From NCBI RefSeq assembly GCF_041685615.1, contig NZ_JAWLFK010000001.1, positions 17,766-81,765 on the forward strand: a DNA stretch of 64,000 nucleotides, read 5' to 3'. Positions 17,477-27,802 of the stretch are shown here, in pieces (the stretch's first letter is position 1; each line of letters starts with the position of its first letter). The position numbers and the translations under genes are program-made. This stretch comes from Thioalkalivibrio sp. GTDB lineage: Bacteria > Pseudomonadota > Gammaproteobacteria > Ectothiorhodospirales > Ectothiorhodospiraceae. The notes under the pieces were generated by a model. It saw only the letters and a list, made by a program, of their open reading frames with translations. It made no database searches and had not been told where the DNA came from.

Positions 17477-19220
17477 ATGCCGCAGTCCCCGTACGATGCC
17501 TGGTCGGATGCACGCTCACGGGGAATCCCCGGCCACTGGCGACTCGCCGGGGGTGCCAGTGCAGTGGTGCTGATGGCCCTGATCGCCCTGCTGGTCTACC
17601 AGACTGGCGGCACGTCCACCGCCTATCTCAACTTTATCCTGATTCCGGTGCTGCTCGGGGCCGCGCTGTTCGGCCTGTGGGGCGGCCTGGCCTTCGGGCT
17701 CCTGGCGGGCGTTGTCCTCGGCCCCCTGATGCCGCTGGACACCGCCGCCGGGCTCGCCCAGCCCGCCCTGAACTGGCTTACGCGCGCGGGCATTTATGTC
17801 GTGCTCGGCGGGTTCTCCGGCTGGCTGTTCGACACCGTGTGCCGACACTCCAACCGGCTCCTGGAACAGGCCTACCACAACCCGGTAACCGGCCTGCCGA
17901 ACCGCGAATCGCTGGAACAGTACGTGCACCAACTGATGCAGGAGGCGGACCGCCCCGAGGCCCGAGCCACCCGTGTGTTCGTGATCAGCCTGCAGATGGA
18001 CAACTACCCCGACAGCATCGGCGCGCTGGGCTTCGCCGCCGAACGCCCCCTGCTGCGTGCCATTACCCAGCGCCTGCAAGCGGTGGCCGCACCCGCCGGC
18101 GCCACGCTGTTCCACGTCCATGACGACCACTTCGCATTGATCCTGCCGCACCGCAGCCGCAAGGACGCCCTGGCGGTCACACGCAGCGCGATCGACAGCC
18201 TGCAGGCCCCGTTCGAGGTTCTCGATATCCCGGTCTATCTCGGCGCCCACGCGGGCGTGTCGTCCTTTCCTTTCCATGAACAGGACGAACCGACCCGCCT
18301 GCTCACCAAGGCCTGGATGGCGATGCACGAGGCCAGCCACTCCGGCCGCCGTTCTCGTAGTTACAACCGGCACCGCGACGACCACAGCCTGGACACGGTG
18401 GAACTGCTGGGCTAGCTACAGAGCGCGCTCTACGATGGCTAGCTGCACCTGCACTACCAGCCCAAGGTCGAGCTCGCGAGCGGGCACGTGATGGGTCTCG
18501 AGGCCCTGCTGCGCTGGGAGCATCCTACCCGCGGACGCATCGCGCCCGGGGCGTTCATCCCGCCCGCCGAACGCACCGGGTTGATCCACGCCCTCACGGA
18601 CCGGGTCCTCGACCTGGCACTGGCCGACATCACCCGGCTTCGCGCGCAGGGCCTGGAAATGCCGGTCAGTGTGAACATCTCGGCCCCCAACTTCCTGGAT
18701 CCGCTCTTTGCCGAGCACCTGCTGAAAAAGGTCCACGCCTCCGGCCTGCCGCCCTGCGCGGTGGAACTCGAATTTACCGAGACCGCCGTGATGGCCGACC
18801 CCGATGAGGTAATCCGCGCACTGCGGCGCCTTACCGGGGCGGGCCTGGAACTCGCCATCGACGACTTTGGCACCGGCTACTCATCGCTCGTCTATCTCAA
18901 GCGCATGCCCGTCACCACCCTCAAGATCGACCAGGCCTTCATGCGTCAGATGCTGGGGCACCCGGTCGACGCCCAGATCCCGCGCCAGCATCAGCCTGGC
19001 GCGGGATCTGGGCCTGAACGTCGTCGCGGAAGGCGCGGAGGACGCGGAGGACGCGGAGGACGCGGCCACCCTGGAGCGGCTCCGCGAATACGGATGCGAT
19101 GCGGCCCAGGGCCACGGCATCGCCCGACCAATGCCGCTCGACGCGATGCTCGACTGGGCCCATGTGCAGGGGACCGCATCCGGCCAATGCCAACACCGTC
19201 ACCAGGGGAACCTCCACTGA
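17477..19220 (+). pseudogene. Membrane-anchored degenerate-GGDEF plus EAL protein, disrupted
   Basis: TM region, then a GGDEF-like domain (HDDHF), in-frame TAG at 18413 and 18440, and an EAL domain (YQPK, EALLRW, ELEFTE, IDDFGTGYSS, KID). A frameshift near 18980 continues as RASISLARDLGLNVVAEG. Confidence 0.88.
19035..19065 (+). repeat. 9-bp tandem repeat (gcggaggac x3.4) inside the EAL pseudogene
   Basis: Read directly; it expands the AEGVED motif to AEGAEDAEDAEDA. Confidence 0.9.
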
Positions 19221-19360
19221 CGGCGACAAGTCCGGAAGCATGCATTCCCCGGATTCTCCGGCCGCAGACCCCGGTTTTCGGCCCGGCATCCCTTGCGCCG
19301 CCCCCGGTGCTGCGCTATAGTCCGCCGTCTTTCTGGTAGACCCAAATTCCGGAGTCCCCG

Positions 19361-19597
19361 ATGGCCCGAGTATGTCAGGTGACCGGCAAGCGCCCGGCGA
19401 CCGGTAACAACGTTTCGCACGCCCACCGCAAGACGCGGCGGCGCTTCCTGCCCAATCTGCACTCCCACCGTTTCTGGGTGGAGAGCGAGAACCGTTTCGT
19501 ACGCCTGCGCGTCAGCAGCAAGGGCATGCGCATTATCGACAAGCGCGGCATCGACGCGGTCCTGGCGGACTGCCGTGCCCGCGGTGAAAAGATCTAA
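19361..19597 (+). CDS. rpmB: 50S ribosomal protein L28
   Basis: [33 protein letters not shown]. Confidence 0.98.
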   Translation: MARVCQVTGKRPATGNNVSHAHRKTRRRFLPNLHSHRFWVESENRFVRLRVSSKGMRIIDKRGIDAVLADCRARGEKI

Positions 19598-19609
19598 GGA
19601 GGCTTCACG

Positions 19610-19780
19610 ATGGCTGCCAAGTCCGCACGCGACAAGATCCGCCTGGTGTCCTCCGCCGGCACCGGCCACTTCTACACCACGTCCAAGAACAAGCGGAACA
19701 TGCCCGAGAAGATGGAGATCAAGAAGTTTGATCCCGTCGTCCGCAAACACGTGATGTACAAGGAAGCCAAGATCAAGTAA
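19610..19780 (+). CDS. rpmG: 50S ribosomal protein L33 (56 aa, absent from the ORF track)
   Basis: Hand translation: [56 protein letters not shown]; GGAGG RBS. Confidence 0.97.
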   Translation: MAAKSARDKIRLVSSAGTGHFYTTSKNKRNMPEKMEIKKFDPVVRKHVMYKEAKIK

Positions 19781-19816
19781 TCGCGCCCTACAGCACGATG
19801 GCCCGGTTACGGGAAT

Positions 19817-19855
19817 GAAAGGGCCCGGCCCGCGAACGCGGAGCCGGGCCCTTTC
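19817..19855. terminator. Terminator hairpin after rpmG
   Basis: gaaagggcccggc...gccgggccctttc inverted repeat. Confidence 0.8.
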
Positions 19856-20240
19856 TGTGTGGGCGTTCCGCAATGTACGCGGCCGAAGGACCCCGGATCC
19901 AGACCGCACTCACCCGAGACGCCTCGGCGTTTGCTCAAACCGGATCGGCCTGCCCGCCCGCCCCGGGCGCGTCATTGCCTTCGGCGGCGGTCTCTGCCCA
20001 GCGCGTCATCACACGCCCCCAACGATGCGCCGTCGCCGGATCCACTTCGATTTTGGTATAACGTCCGCCATCGCGGATAATAATCCGCAGGAGCGGAACC
20101 CCCGAGTCGTGCAGGATCTGGCGCAACTCTACGACTTCGCCAAATGGCGCATTGATCGAATCCATGGTGCGTGTGTTCCTCCCGAGCCGGCCTGCCTCAC
20201 ACAGCCGTGGCCGCCCATCCGTTCTTGACCAAGCGCAAGC

Positions 20241-21455
20241 ATGCAACCAATTTTTGTCGGCCGGCAACCCATCTTCGACGATCAGGAGAATCTGGTCGGC
20301 TTCGAACTCCTCTTCCGCGCGGGTCACCTGGATGCCGCTTCGGTCACCGACGGCGATCTGGCCACCTCCGATCTCCTGCGCAGCGCCTTCATCGACATCG
20401 GCCTGGAGCACCTGGTCGGCAAGCACCTCGCCTTCGTCAACCTGACGCGCGGCTTTCTCGAGCACGAGGTCATAACCAGCCTGCCGCCGGAGCAGGTGGT
20501 GCTGGAGATCCTCGAGGATGTCGAGATCGATGCCGAGGTGATCGCCGCGGTGCGCCGGCTGAAGGGCGAGGGGTTTCGCATCGCGCTGGATGACTACCAG
20601 TTCCAGGAAAGCCACGCCGAACTGGTCGAGCTGGCGGACCTGGTCAAGCTGGACGTGCTCAGCCTGGGAGGGGAACGCCTGGAAGAGGAAGTCGCCAAAC
20701 TGCGTCGCTTCGGCGTCGAACTACTGGCCGAAAAGGTCGAGACCGCCGAGGCATATGCCCACTGCCGGCGCCTCGGGTTCAGCCTCTTCCAGGGGTTTCA
20801 CCTGTCCTTCCCCCACGTTATCGAAGGCCAGCGTCTGGAGAGCCTCGAACTCGCCCTGTTGCGGCTATTGAAGGCGCTGCAGGCGCCCGACCCCACGCCG
20901 GAAGAGCTGGAGGGCCTGATCGCCGCCGAACCGGGGCTTGCCCTCCAGCTATTGCGCATCGCCAACAGCCCGGCCTACCGCGGCCGGCGCGCGACCGATT
21001 CCCTGCACGACGCGATCCTGCGCCTGGGACAGGGGCGCATCAAGCGCCTCGCCATGCTGATGGTCTTGCGCGGTTCCGGCGGTCAGACCCAGGGGCTCGA
21101 ACAGGTCATGATCCGCGCCCGCATGGGCATGCTGATGGCACGCGCCCTGGACCTGCCCCCCGAGGAATGCGAACGCTATTTCACCCTGGGCATGCTCTCA
21201 GGCCTGGATCGCGTACTGGGCGTGCCGCTGCGGCGCATCCTGGGCGAGCTGCACCTCTCCAGCGAGATGGAGCAGGCCCTGCTGGAAAGCACCGGCCCAC
21301 TGGCACCGCTGCTGGCAACCATCGACGCCTTCGAGGGCCCGGTCACTGTGCCGGACCCCGCCCCTACCCCCGTGCCCGCGCCGGTCTCCAGCCGCCTCTA
21401 TCTAGAGGCCGTGCGCTGGACCGAGGATCTGCTCGCGTTACTGGAAGAGGAATAG
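20241..21455 (+). CDS. EAL and HDOD domain protein (YuxH/PdeH-like)
   Basis: FVGRQPI..GFELLFR, AFVN, VLEILE, IALDD, LLAEKVE, LFQGF; HDOD region LLRIANSPAY. Confidence 0.9.
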   Translation: MQPIFVGRQPIFDDQENLVGFELLFRAGHLDAASVTDGDLATSDLLRSAFIDIGLEHLVGKHLAFVNLTRGFLEHEVITSLPPEQVVLEILEDVEIDAEVIAAVRRLKGEGFRIALDDYQFQESHAELVELADLVKLDVLSLGGERLEEEVAKLRRFGVELLAEKVETAEAYAHCRRLGFSLFQGFHLSFPHVIEGQRLESLELALLRLLKALQAPDPTPEELEGLIAAEPGLALQLLRIANSPAYRGRRATDSLHDAILRLGQGRIKRLAMLMVLRGSGGQTQGLEQVMIRARMGMLMARALDLPPEECERYFTLGMLSGLDRVLGVPLRRILGELHLSSEMEQALLESTGPLAPLLATIDAFEGPVTVPDPAPTPVPAPVSSRLYLEAVRWTEDLLALLEEE

Positions 21456-21458
21456 GCG

Positions 21459-22406
21459 ATGCCTCTCACCCTGCGCAGCCAGCTCATACCGGAAGCCGCC
21501 GCAGGCCCCGACTCGGGGCTGCGCATCCGTTTACGCGATCCGGCAGGGATCGAGGGTGGCCGCCGTCTACTGGAGGTGCATCCCGGTCTGCGTGCGCTGG
21601 AACCGGACGACTATGCCGAGTGCTGGACGGCCCAGGGAACGCCGAAGGCGAGCCACGAAGGACCCCTCCACCTGCTGGAATACGACGAGGTCCTGTTCGC
21701 GACCTGGGTCGGGCCGGACCACGATTTGCGGGTCCAGACGGAAGCGGCCTACCGGGCGCTGCTCGACGCCTGCCGCGCGCGGGGTTTCGAGCACCTGGCC
21801 CGCATCTGGAACTTCTTCGGCGACATCCACGCCGAGGAGAACGGCATCGAACGTTACCAGGCGTTCTGCATGGGCCGGGCGGACGCCCTGGAGGCCCTGG
21901 AGATTCCGCAGGCAGGGATGCCCGCGGCAACCGCGATCGGCAGCGACCAGCGCACGCTGATCATCTATCTCATCGCCACCCGGACCCCGGCCGAGCCGAT
22001 CGAAAACCCCCGGCAGGTCAGCGCCTATCACTACCCGGAGCGCTACAGCCCGAAGAGCCCGACCTTTGCCCGCGCCACCCGTCTGGCCACGAACGACGGC
22101 CCGCTGGTCCTGCTCTCCGGGACCGCCAGCATTGTCGGCCACGAGAGCCGGCATCCCGACAACGTCGTCGCCCAGGCACACGAGACCCTCGCCAACCTCC
22201 AGGCACTGCATGACACCGCCGGGCGCGAACTTCCCCGACCGTCTTGGCTGCGGGTTTACCTGCGCCACCCTGAACATCGATCCCGCGTTGCCGCCGTGCT
22301 GGCAGAACACTACAAGGCCGTCCAGCCGGGCCCCACCGTGCAATGGGTGCGCGGCGACATCTGTCGCCAGGAACTGCTTCTGGAGATCGAGGGCGTACAT
22401 GCCTGA
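21459..22406 (+). CDS. FkbO/Hyg5/XanB2-like chorismatase
   Basis: RIWNF, RYQAFCMGR, PAATAIG, ENPRQVSAYHYPERY, SGTASIVGH and ICRQELLLEIEG motifs. Confidence 0.85.
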   Translation: MPLTLRSQLIPEAAAGPDSGLRIRLRDPAGIEGGRRLLEVHPGLRALEPDDYAECWTAQGTPKASHEGPLHLLEYDEVLFATWVGPDHDLRVQTEAAYRALLDACRARGFEHLARIWNFFGDIHAEENGIERYQAFCMGRADALEALEIPQAGMPAATAIGSDQRTLIIYLIATRTPAEPIENPRQVSAYHYPERYSPKSPTFARATRLATNDGPLVLLSGTASIVGHESRHPDNVVAQAHETLANLQALHDTAGRELPRPSWLRVYLRHPEHRSRVAAVLAEHYKAVQPGPTVQWVRGDICRQELLLEIEGVHA

Positions 22407-23214
22407 ACTGCCGGAGGTCGAGACCACCCGGCGCGGCCTCGCACGCCTGCTGGCGGGACGGCGCATCACGGCCTTCGAGGTCCGTGACTCGCGCCTGCGC
22501 TGGCCGGTGCCGGGCGAGCTGGCCCCGCAGCTGGCCGGCGCCCGCGTGCGTGGCCTCGCCCGCCGCGCGAAATACCTGCTGCTGGAAACCGACCGTGCGG
22601 GCCTGCTCCTGCACCTGGGAATGTCCGGCAGCCTGCGCCACTGCACGCCGGAGACCCCCTTGCGCCGGCACGACCACCTGATCCTGCATCTCGACAACGG
22701 GTACCAGCTCCGGCTGCATGACCCGCGCCGCTTCGGCTGCTGCCTGCCACTCCCGTCCGACGGCAGCCCCCACCCGTTGCTGGCGGGACTGGGGCCAGAA
22801 CCGCTGGACCCCGCGTTTGGCGGCGACTACCTGTTCCGGCGCAGCCGCGGCCGTCGCGGCCCGGTGAAGGCCTTTCTCATGGACCAGGCCAACGTGGTCG
22901 GGGTCGGCAATATCTACGCCACCGAGGCCCTGTTCCTCGCCGGGGTCCGCCCGGGGCGCGCGGCCGGCCGGGTGACCCGCGTCGAGTACCAGCGGCTGGC
23001 GGCGCACGTCAAGGCCGTGCTGGCCGAGGCCATCCAACAGGGCGGGACCACCCTGCGCGACTTCCTGCGCGAGGACGGCACACACGGCTATTTCCGCCAG
23101 TCCCTACGGGTGTACGGACGCGCCGGGGAAACCTGCCACGTATGTGCCAGCGTCCTGCGCACCCGCCGCATCGGGCAGCGCGCCAGCAGCTACTGCCCCA
23201 CCTGCCAGAAGTAA
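22399..23214 (+). CDS. mutM: Formamidopyrimidine-DNA glycosylase
   Basis: MPELPEVET start at 22399, RRAKYLL, HLGMSG, GVGNIY and a C-terminal CxxC...CxxC zinc finger. Confidence 0.97.
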   Translation: MPELPEVETTRRGLARLLAGRRITAFEVRDSRLRWPVPGELAPQLAGARVRGLARRAKYLLLETDRAGLLLHLGMSGSLRHCTPETPLRRHDHLILHLDNGYQLRLHDPRRFGCCLPLPSDGSPHPLLAGLGPEPLDPAFGGDYLFRRSRGRRGPVKAFLMDQANVVGVGNIYATEALFLAGVRPGRAAGRVTRVEYQRLAAHVKAVLAEAIQQGGTTLRDFLREDGTHGYFRQSLRVYGRAGETCHVCASVLRTRRIGQRASSYCPTCQK

Positions 23215-23250
23215 ATCCTGCTCCGTCACAGCGTCGCAAGGCTTGTTGTT

Positions 23251-23438
23251 CACTCGGAGGGCACGGAGGACGCAGGGGAACGCAAGAAAGGATTCGATGC
23301 GGTGGGGCGCCCAAAACGCACCCAGGCCTGCGGCACTTCTCCGCGGGGAGGCCCAAACAACGTGCCCCGGTTCGAAATGGCACCATCCTGCGACCCCCAT
23401 GATCGAATTGCGCCGCGTGCGCGGTGCACTCTGTGGTG
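23251..23438. repeat. Degenerate periodic inverted-repeat element
   Basis: Left arm actcggagg/gcacggagg/acgcagggg; right remnant ctctgtggtg. Shares 14 identical bp with 33078-33091 and 10 with 33306-33315. Confidence 0.6.
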
Positions 23439-23495
23439 TCCCCAACAGGCATGGCCAGCGAAAGGCTGCCGGTCCCCGAAACGGGAGGGGCGGGC

Positions 23496-25112
23496 TTACA
23501 GATAGCGCGACACGCGCGGCACGGCGCTCAGCAGGTGCCGGGTGTAGTCGGCCTGCGGATTGGCCAGCACCTCGGCGGTGGTGCCAATCTCCTCCATGCG
23601 CCCGTCGTGCATGACCAGCATGCGGTCGGAGAAGTACTCCACCACACCCATGTCGTGGGTGATAAAGATCATCGCCAGACGCCGCTCTGCACGCAGTCGG
23701 CCGAGGATCTGCAGCACCTCGGCCTGTACCGACACGTCCAGAGCGCTGGTGACCTCGTCGCAGATGATCACGTCCGGATCCAGCACCAGCGCCCGCGCGA
23801 TGGCGATACGCTGGCGCTGGCCACCGGAGAACTCGTGCGGATAGCGCCACAGGGTATCTTCCGGCAACGCCACCTGATCCAGTACCCGGCCGGCCAGGGC
23901 AATCCGTTCATCCTGGTTCGCGCCGATCCCGTGCACCGCCATCGGTTCGGTGAGAAGCGTGAGCACGTTCAGGCGCGGGTTCAGCGACGAGGCCGGGTCC
24001 TGGAACACCACCTGCAAGTGGCGCCGCAGCCGGCGCAGCGGCTTGCGTGGCATACGGGTCAGCGACTCGCCGCGGTAGCAGATCTCGCCACCGGTGGGCT
24101 CGACCAGACGCAGGAGGGCCCGACCCAGCGTGGTCTTGCCGCAGCCGGACTCGCCCACCACCGCCAACACCTCGCCGTTGTCCAGTTCGAAACTGACGTC
24201 GTCCACCGCCCGTACCACGTCCACCTGACGGCGCAACAGTCCCTTCAGCACCGGGAAGTGCACCTGCAGCCCGGACACCTGCAACAACGCGTCTCGCCCC
24301 GCTCCCGGCACCGGCGGCAGCGGTGGCAGGTTCTCCGGCAGCGCCTGGATCAGCTTGCGGGTATAGGCATCCTGCGGATCGCGCAGAAGCGGCAGGCATT
24401 CCCCTTGCTCCACCAGGCGCCCCTTGCGCATCACCGCCACGCGATCGGCCACCGAGGCAACCACCCCGAAGTCGTGGGTGATCAGCAGTACCGCCATGCC
24501 GTTCTTCTCGCGCAGGTGGTCGATCAGCTTCAGGATCTCGGCCTGGATGGTCACGTCCAGCGCGGTGGTCGGCTCGTCCGCGATCAGCAGATCTGGCTCG
24601 GCAACCAGGGCCATGGCGATCATAACGCGCTGGCGCTGGCCGCCTGAGAGCTTGTGCGGAAACTCGTCGCGGCGCTGCTCGGGGTTCGGCAGCTGCACCT
24701 CGCGCAGGACCTCCAGGGTCCGCGCGGCGCGCTGCTCCGGACTCATCTGCGGGCGGTGCAGGCGCAGCACCTCCTCGATCTGGTCGCCCACGGTCAGCAC
24801 CGGGTTCAGCGAGGTCATCGGCTCCTGAAAGATCATGCCGACACGGTCGCCGCGCACGTGCTGCATCGCCGTGGACGGCAGTCCCAGCAATTCCTGTCGA
24901 CCTTCGTGCCCGGCCAGCCAGACCTCGCCCGTGGGACGCTCGAAGCCCGCATCCAGCAGGCGCATGATCGCCAGCGCAGTGATCGACTTGCCGGAGCCCG
25001 ATTCACCCACCAGGGCGAACAGTTCGCCCGCGCGGATGGTAAAGCTCGCATCCTCGACCAGCGCCTCGGCGCTGTCGCGGTGACGGATCTGCAGGTTGCG
25101 GACCTCCAGCAT
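23496..25112 (-). CDS. Peptide ABC transporter, fused double ATPase
   Basis: Two Walker A motifs ([16 protein letters not shown]), [25 protein letters not shown]; start MLEVRNL at 25112. Confidence 0.95.
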   Translation of the reverse strand: MLEVRNLQIRHRDSAEALVEDASFTIRAGELFALVGESGSGKSITALAIMRLLDAGFERPTGEVWLAGHEGRQELLGLPSTAMQHVRGDRVGMIFQEPMTSLNPVLTVGDQIEEVLRLHRPQMSPEQRAARTLEVLREVQLPNPEQRRDEFPHKLSGGQRQRVMIAMALVAEPDLLIADEPTTALDVTIQAEILKLIDHLREKNGMAVLLITHDFGVVASVADRVAVMRKGRLVEQGECLPLLRDPQDAYTRKLIQALPENLPPLPPVPGAGRDALLQVSGLQVHFPVLKGLLRRQVDVVRAVDDVSFELDNGEVLAVVGESGCGKTTLGRALLRLVEPTGGEICYRGESLTRMPRKPLRRLRRHLQVVFQDPASSLNPRLNVLTLLTEPMAVHGIGANQDERIALAGRVLDQVALPEDTLWRYPHEFSGGQRQRIAIARALVLDPDVIICDEVTSALDVSVQAEVLQILGRLRAERRLAMIFITHDMGVVEYFSDRMLVMHDGRMEEIGTTAEVLANPQADYTRHLLSAVPRVSRYL

Positions 25113-25114
25113 GA

Positions 25115-26383
25115 TCAGCGCACCCCGCCACTGGTGGCACCAGCAGCGCCGGCGGCCGGACGGGCATCGGCGTCGCGATTGGCAGTGCGCGCCGCCGAAC
25201 GGGCGTGCGGGTCGACCGCGTCGCGCAGGGCCTCGCCGATCAGGTTGTAGGCGAACACGGTCAGGAAGATCGCCCCGCCGGGAAAGGCCGCCATCCACCA
25301 GTTGAAGGTGGAGCTTTGTACGGCCTGGTTCAGCATCTGCCCCCAGGAGGGATCATCGACCAGCCCCAGGCCGAGGAACGAGAGCGTGGCCTCGGCGAGG
25401 ATCGCTGACGCCACGCCGAAGCTGGCGGCGACCAGGATCGGCGCGATCCCGTTCGGCAGCATGTGCCGGAACAGGATCGACGGCAGCGACAGCCCCGACG
25501 CGATGGCGCCCTGAACAAAGTCCTGCTGGCGCAGGCGCAGGAACTCCGCGCGCACGTAGCGCGCATAGCCCGACCACGACGTCAGGCCGATGATCAGCAT
25601 CATCAGGTACAGCGAGCGCCCGAAGAAGGCGACAAACGTCAGCAACAGGAACAGCGTCGGGATGGCCTCGAATATCTCCACCAGGCGCATCCCGATCATG
25701 TCTACGATCCCCGAGAAATAGCCCATCAAACCACCGAGGATCACGCCGATCCCCAGCGCGATTCCGGTCGCGATGAAGCCAATGGACAGCGCGATCCGCG
25801 AGGCATGGATCATGCGCGAGAGCACGTCCGCGCCGGTGTCGTCGGTACCGAACCAGTGCACCCGCTCGGGGGACTCGCGCGGAGCCTCCAGCCCGGTGTC
25901 GGCGTAGTCGCGCAGGTAGTCGCGCGGCGAATACGGGATCGGCGCGCGAATCACCGTCTGGTACTCGCCCATCCGTTCGGCCTCGCGGTACTGCTCGTGG
26001 ATCACCAACGATGGCGGCGACACCGTCTGCCAGGCGACCACGGCCAGTACCGCACCAAGCACCGCCCACAAGCCCAAGCGCCGCCACGGGCGCCCGGGCA
26101 GGCGCCAGAAGACCAACGCCAGCACCAGCATCCCGAACAGAGTCACGTCCGCCGCCGTCAGGTAGCGCAGAAACGGCATGGACCACGCGCCGTCGGCAGT
26201 CTGCAGCAGCAGCGGGTAGGACGTCGCCAGCACCGGTGCGAAGATCGCCACCAGCGTCAGCAGCGCGATCCAGGCGATCCCGAGACGCGCCCCCCAGCGC
26301 AGCAGGATCTCGCCCACCACACGCCGCACCCAGGAACGACTGCGGCGCTCCCCGGTTCCCGGATTGGATCGGGCCTCAGTCAT
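25115..26383 (-). CDS. Peptide ABC transporter permease (OppC/DppC-like)
   Basis: HWFGTDDTGADV, RHMLPN, EATLSFLGLG and NLIGEALRDAVDP motifs. Confidence 0.93.
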   Translation of the reverse strand: MTEARSNPGTGERRSRSWVRRVVGEILLRWGARLGIAWIALLTLVAIFAPVLATSYPLLLQTADGAWSMPFLRYLTAADVTLFGMLVLALVFWRLPGRPWRRLGLWAVLGAVLAVVAWQTVSPPSLVIHEQYREAERMGEYQTVIRAPIPYSPRDYLRDYADTGLEAPRESPERVHWFGTDDTGADVLSRMIHASRIALSIGFIATGIALGIGVILGGLMGYFSGIVDMIGMRLVEIFEAIPTLFLLLTFVAFFGRSLYLMMLIIGLTSWSGYARYVRAEFLRLRQQDFVQGAIASGLSLPSILFRHMLPNGIAPILVAASFGVASAILAEATLSFLGLGLVDDPSWGQMLNQAVQSSTFNWWMAAFPGGAIFLTVFAYNLIGEALRDAVDPHARSAARTANRDADARPAAGAAGATSGGVR

Positions 26384-27755
26384 AGTTCACCCGCGGGTCG
26401 ACGATGGCATAAGCAAGATCGGCCAGCAGGTAGCCAACCAGGGTGAGCATGCCGGAGATCAGGGTGATCGACAGCACCAGCTCGCGGTCGCGGGTCTGCA
26501 CCGCCTCCACCGCCAGCTTGCCCATGCCGTCGATGGAAAAGATCGCCTCCACGATGACCGAGCCCGCCAGCAGCGAGGGCAACAGGGTGGCCGACACGGT
26601 GATCAGCGGCAGCAGGGAATTGCGGAACACGTGGCGCCACAGCACGTCGTGCTCGGCCACCCCCTTGGCGCGCGCCGTGCGCGCGTAGTCCGAGGTCAGG
26701 TTCTCCAGCACCGCCGAACGCGACAGCTTGGCCAGGAACGCCAGCCCGCCGTAGGACAGGCACAGGACCGGCAGCACCAGGTGCCAGGCCCGGTCCAGCA
26801 GGAAGCCCGGCACCATGTCCCCCGGCGCCAGTCCGAGGGCCAGCGCCAGCCCGGCGCCCAGCCCCAGCGTGCCCAGGTAGAAGCCGCGCAGTACACCCCA
26901 GTCGCTGTGCGCGATCAGCCAGCCCACCGCGACCCCGATGATCACGGCCACGGCTGTACTGACCATCCCGGCCATCGCCAGATCGCGGAACATCAGCCAG
27001 CCACAGAGCGCCCCGAGCACGGCGCCGAGTCCGCCGCGAATCAGGGCGGGCAGGGCACGAGCGAGGTAGACCCCCAGGGCCGTCCCCAGAAACGGTAGGA
27101 TCAGCAGCAACGGCAGCGCCCAGACCACCTCCACCGTGGGCAGGAAGGTCATGTCCAGCGCCGCACGCTGGCTGAGCCCCCCGGTGGGGAACCACTGCCA
27201 GAACTGGTCAGAGGCAAAAAAGCCGATCAGCAAAACTCCCGCCAGCATGGTCGGAACCGACCACAGGGCCAGCAGCACCACGCCGGACTGCGAGTCGAAG
27301 GCCTGACCATGCTGGGTGGCCGCCCGCACCCCCACGGCGACCGCAACGATGTAGATCAGGGGGATGGACAAAACGTTCAGCAACAGCGTGATTGGCAGGC
27401 GTTCCGCGATCAGGTCGGTCACCGGCCGACCGTAGCGGAAGCTGGTGCCCAGATTGGGGACCTTGAAGTGGGGCCATCCCGTCAACGAGCCATCCTCGTC
27501 CTGGGCAAAACCCACCGGCGAGATATTGTTCAGCCAGCGCCCGAATTGCACCGGTGCCGGCTGATCCAGGCCATAGAGGCGGTTGTAGTACTCTTCCATC
27601 GCCTTTTGCGCCTGCGGCTCCAGGCCCTGGCCCTCCACCAGGGTCAGGGCGCTGATGCCACCGGGCGCGGCCGCCATCACGGCAAAAACCACCACGGTGA
27701 TGCCGACCAGGGTCGGCACCATCAGGATCATGCGGCGCAGGATATAGGTCAGCAT
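26376..27755 (-). CDS. Peptide ABC transporter permease (OppB/DppB-like) with TM insertion
   Basis: MLTYILRR start at 27755; LGTSFRY, ERLPIT, YARTARAKG and DLAYAIVDPR motifs. Confidence 0.93.
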   Translation of the reverse strand: MLTYILRRMILMVPTLVGITVVVFAVMAAAPGGISALTLVEGQGLEPQAQKAMEEYYNRLYGLDQPAPVQFGRWLNNISPVGFAQDEDGSLTGWPHFKVPNLGTSFRYGRPVTDLIAERLPITLLLNVLSIPLIYIVAVAVGVRAATQHGQAFDSQSGVVLLALWSVPTMLAGVLLIGFFASDQFWQWFPTGGLSQRAALDMTFLPTVEVVWALPLLLILPFLGTALGVYLARALPALIRGGLGAVLGALCGWLMFRDLAMAGMVSTAVAVIIGVAVGWLIAHSDWGVLRGFYLGTLGLGAGLALALGLAPGDMVPGFLLDRAWHLVLPVLCLSYGGLAFLAKLSRSAVLENLTSDYARTARAKGVAEHDVLWRHVFRNSLLPLITVSATLLPSLLAGSVIVEAIFSIDGMGKLAVEAVQTRDRELVLSITLISGMLTLVGYLLADLAYAIVDPRVNYD

Positions 27756-27802
27756 CGCGCGCGCCGGCCTCCCGCCCCTTCCGCTGCCATGCGCATCGCC
27801 GG

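Noticed and set aside
18413-18442. Programmed amber read-through (pyrrolysine or recoding) of the EAL gene
   Set aside because: The same gene also has a frameshift near 18980, no pyl genes are in view, and other genes here use TAG as a normal stop.
20025-20228. Short ORF with QDLAQLYDFAKWR, vaguely FliS-like
   Set aside because: Too short and weak; no clear RBS; may be just the promoter region of the EAL-HDOD gene.
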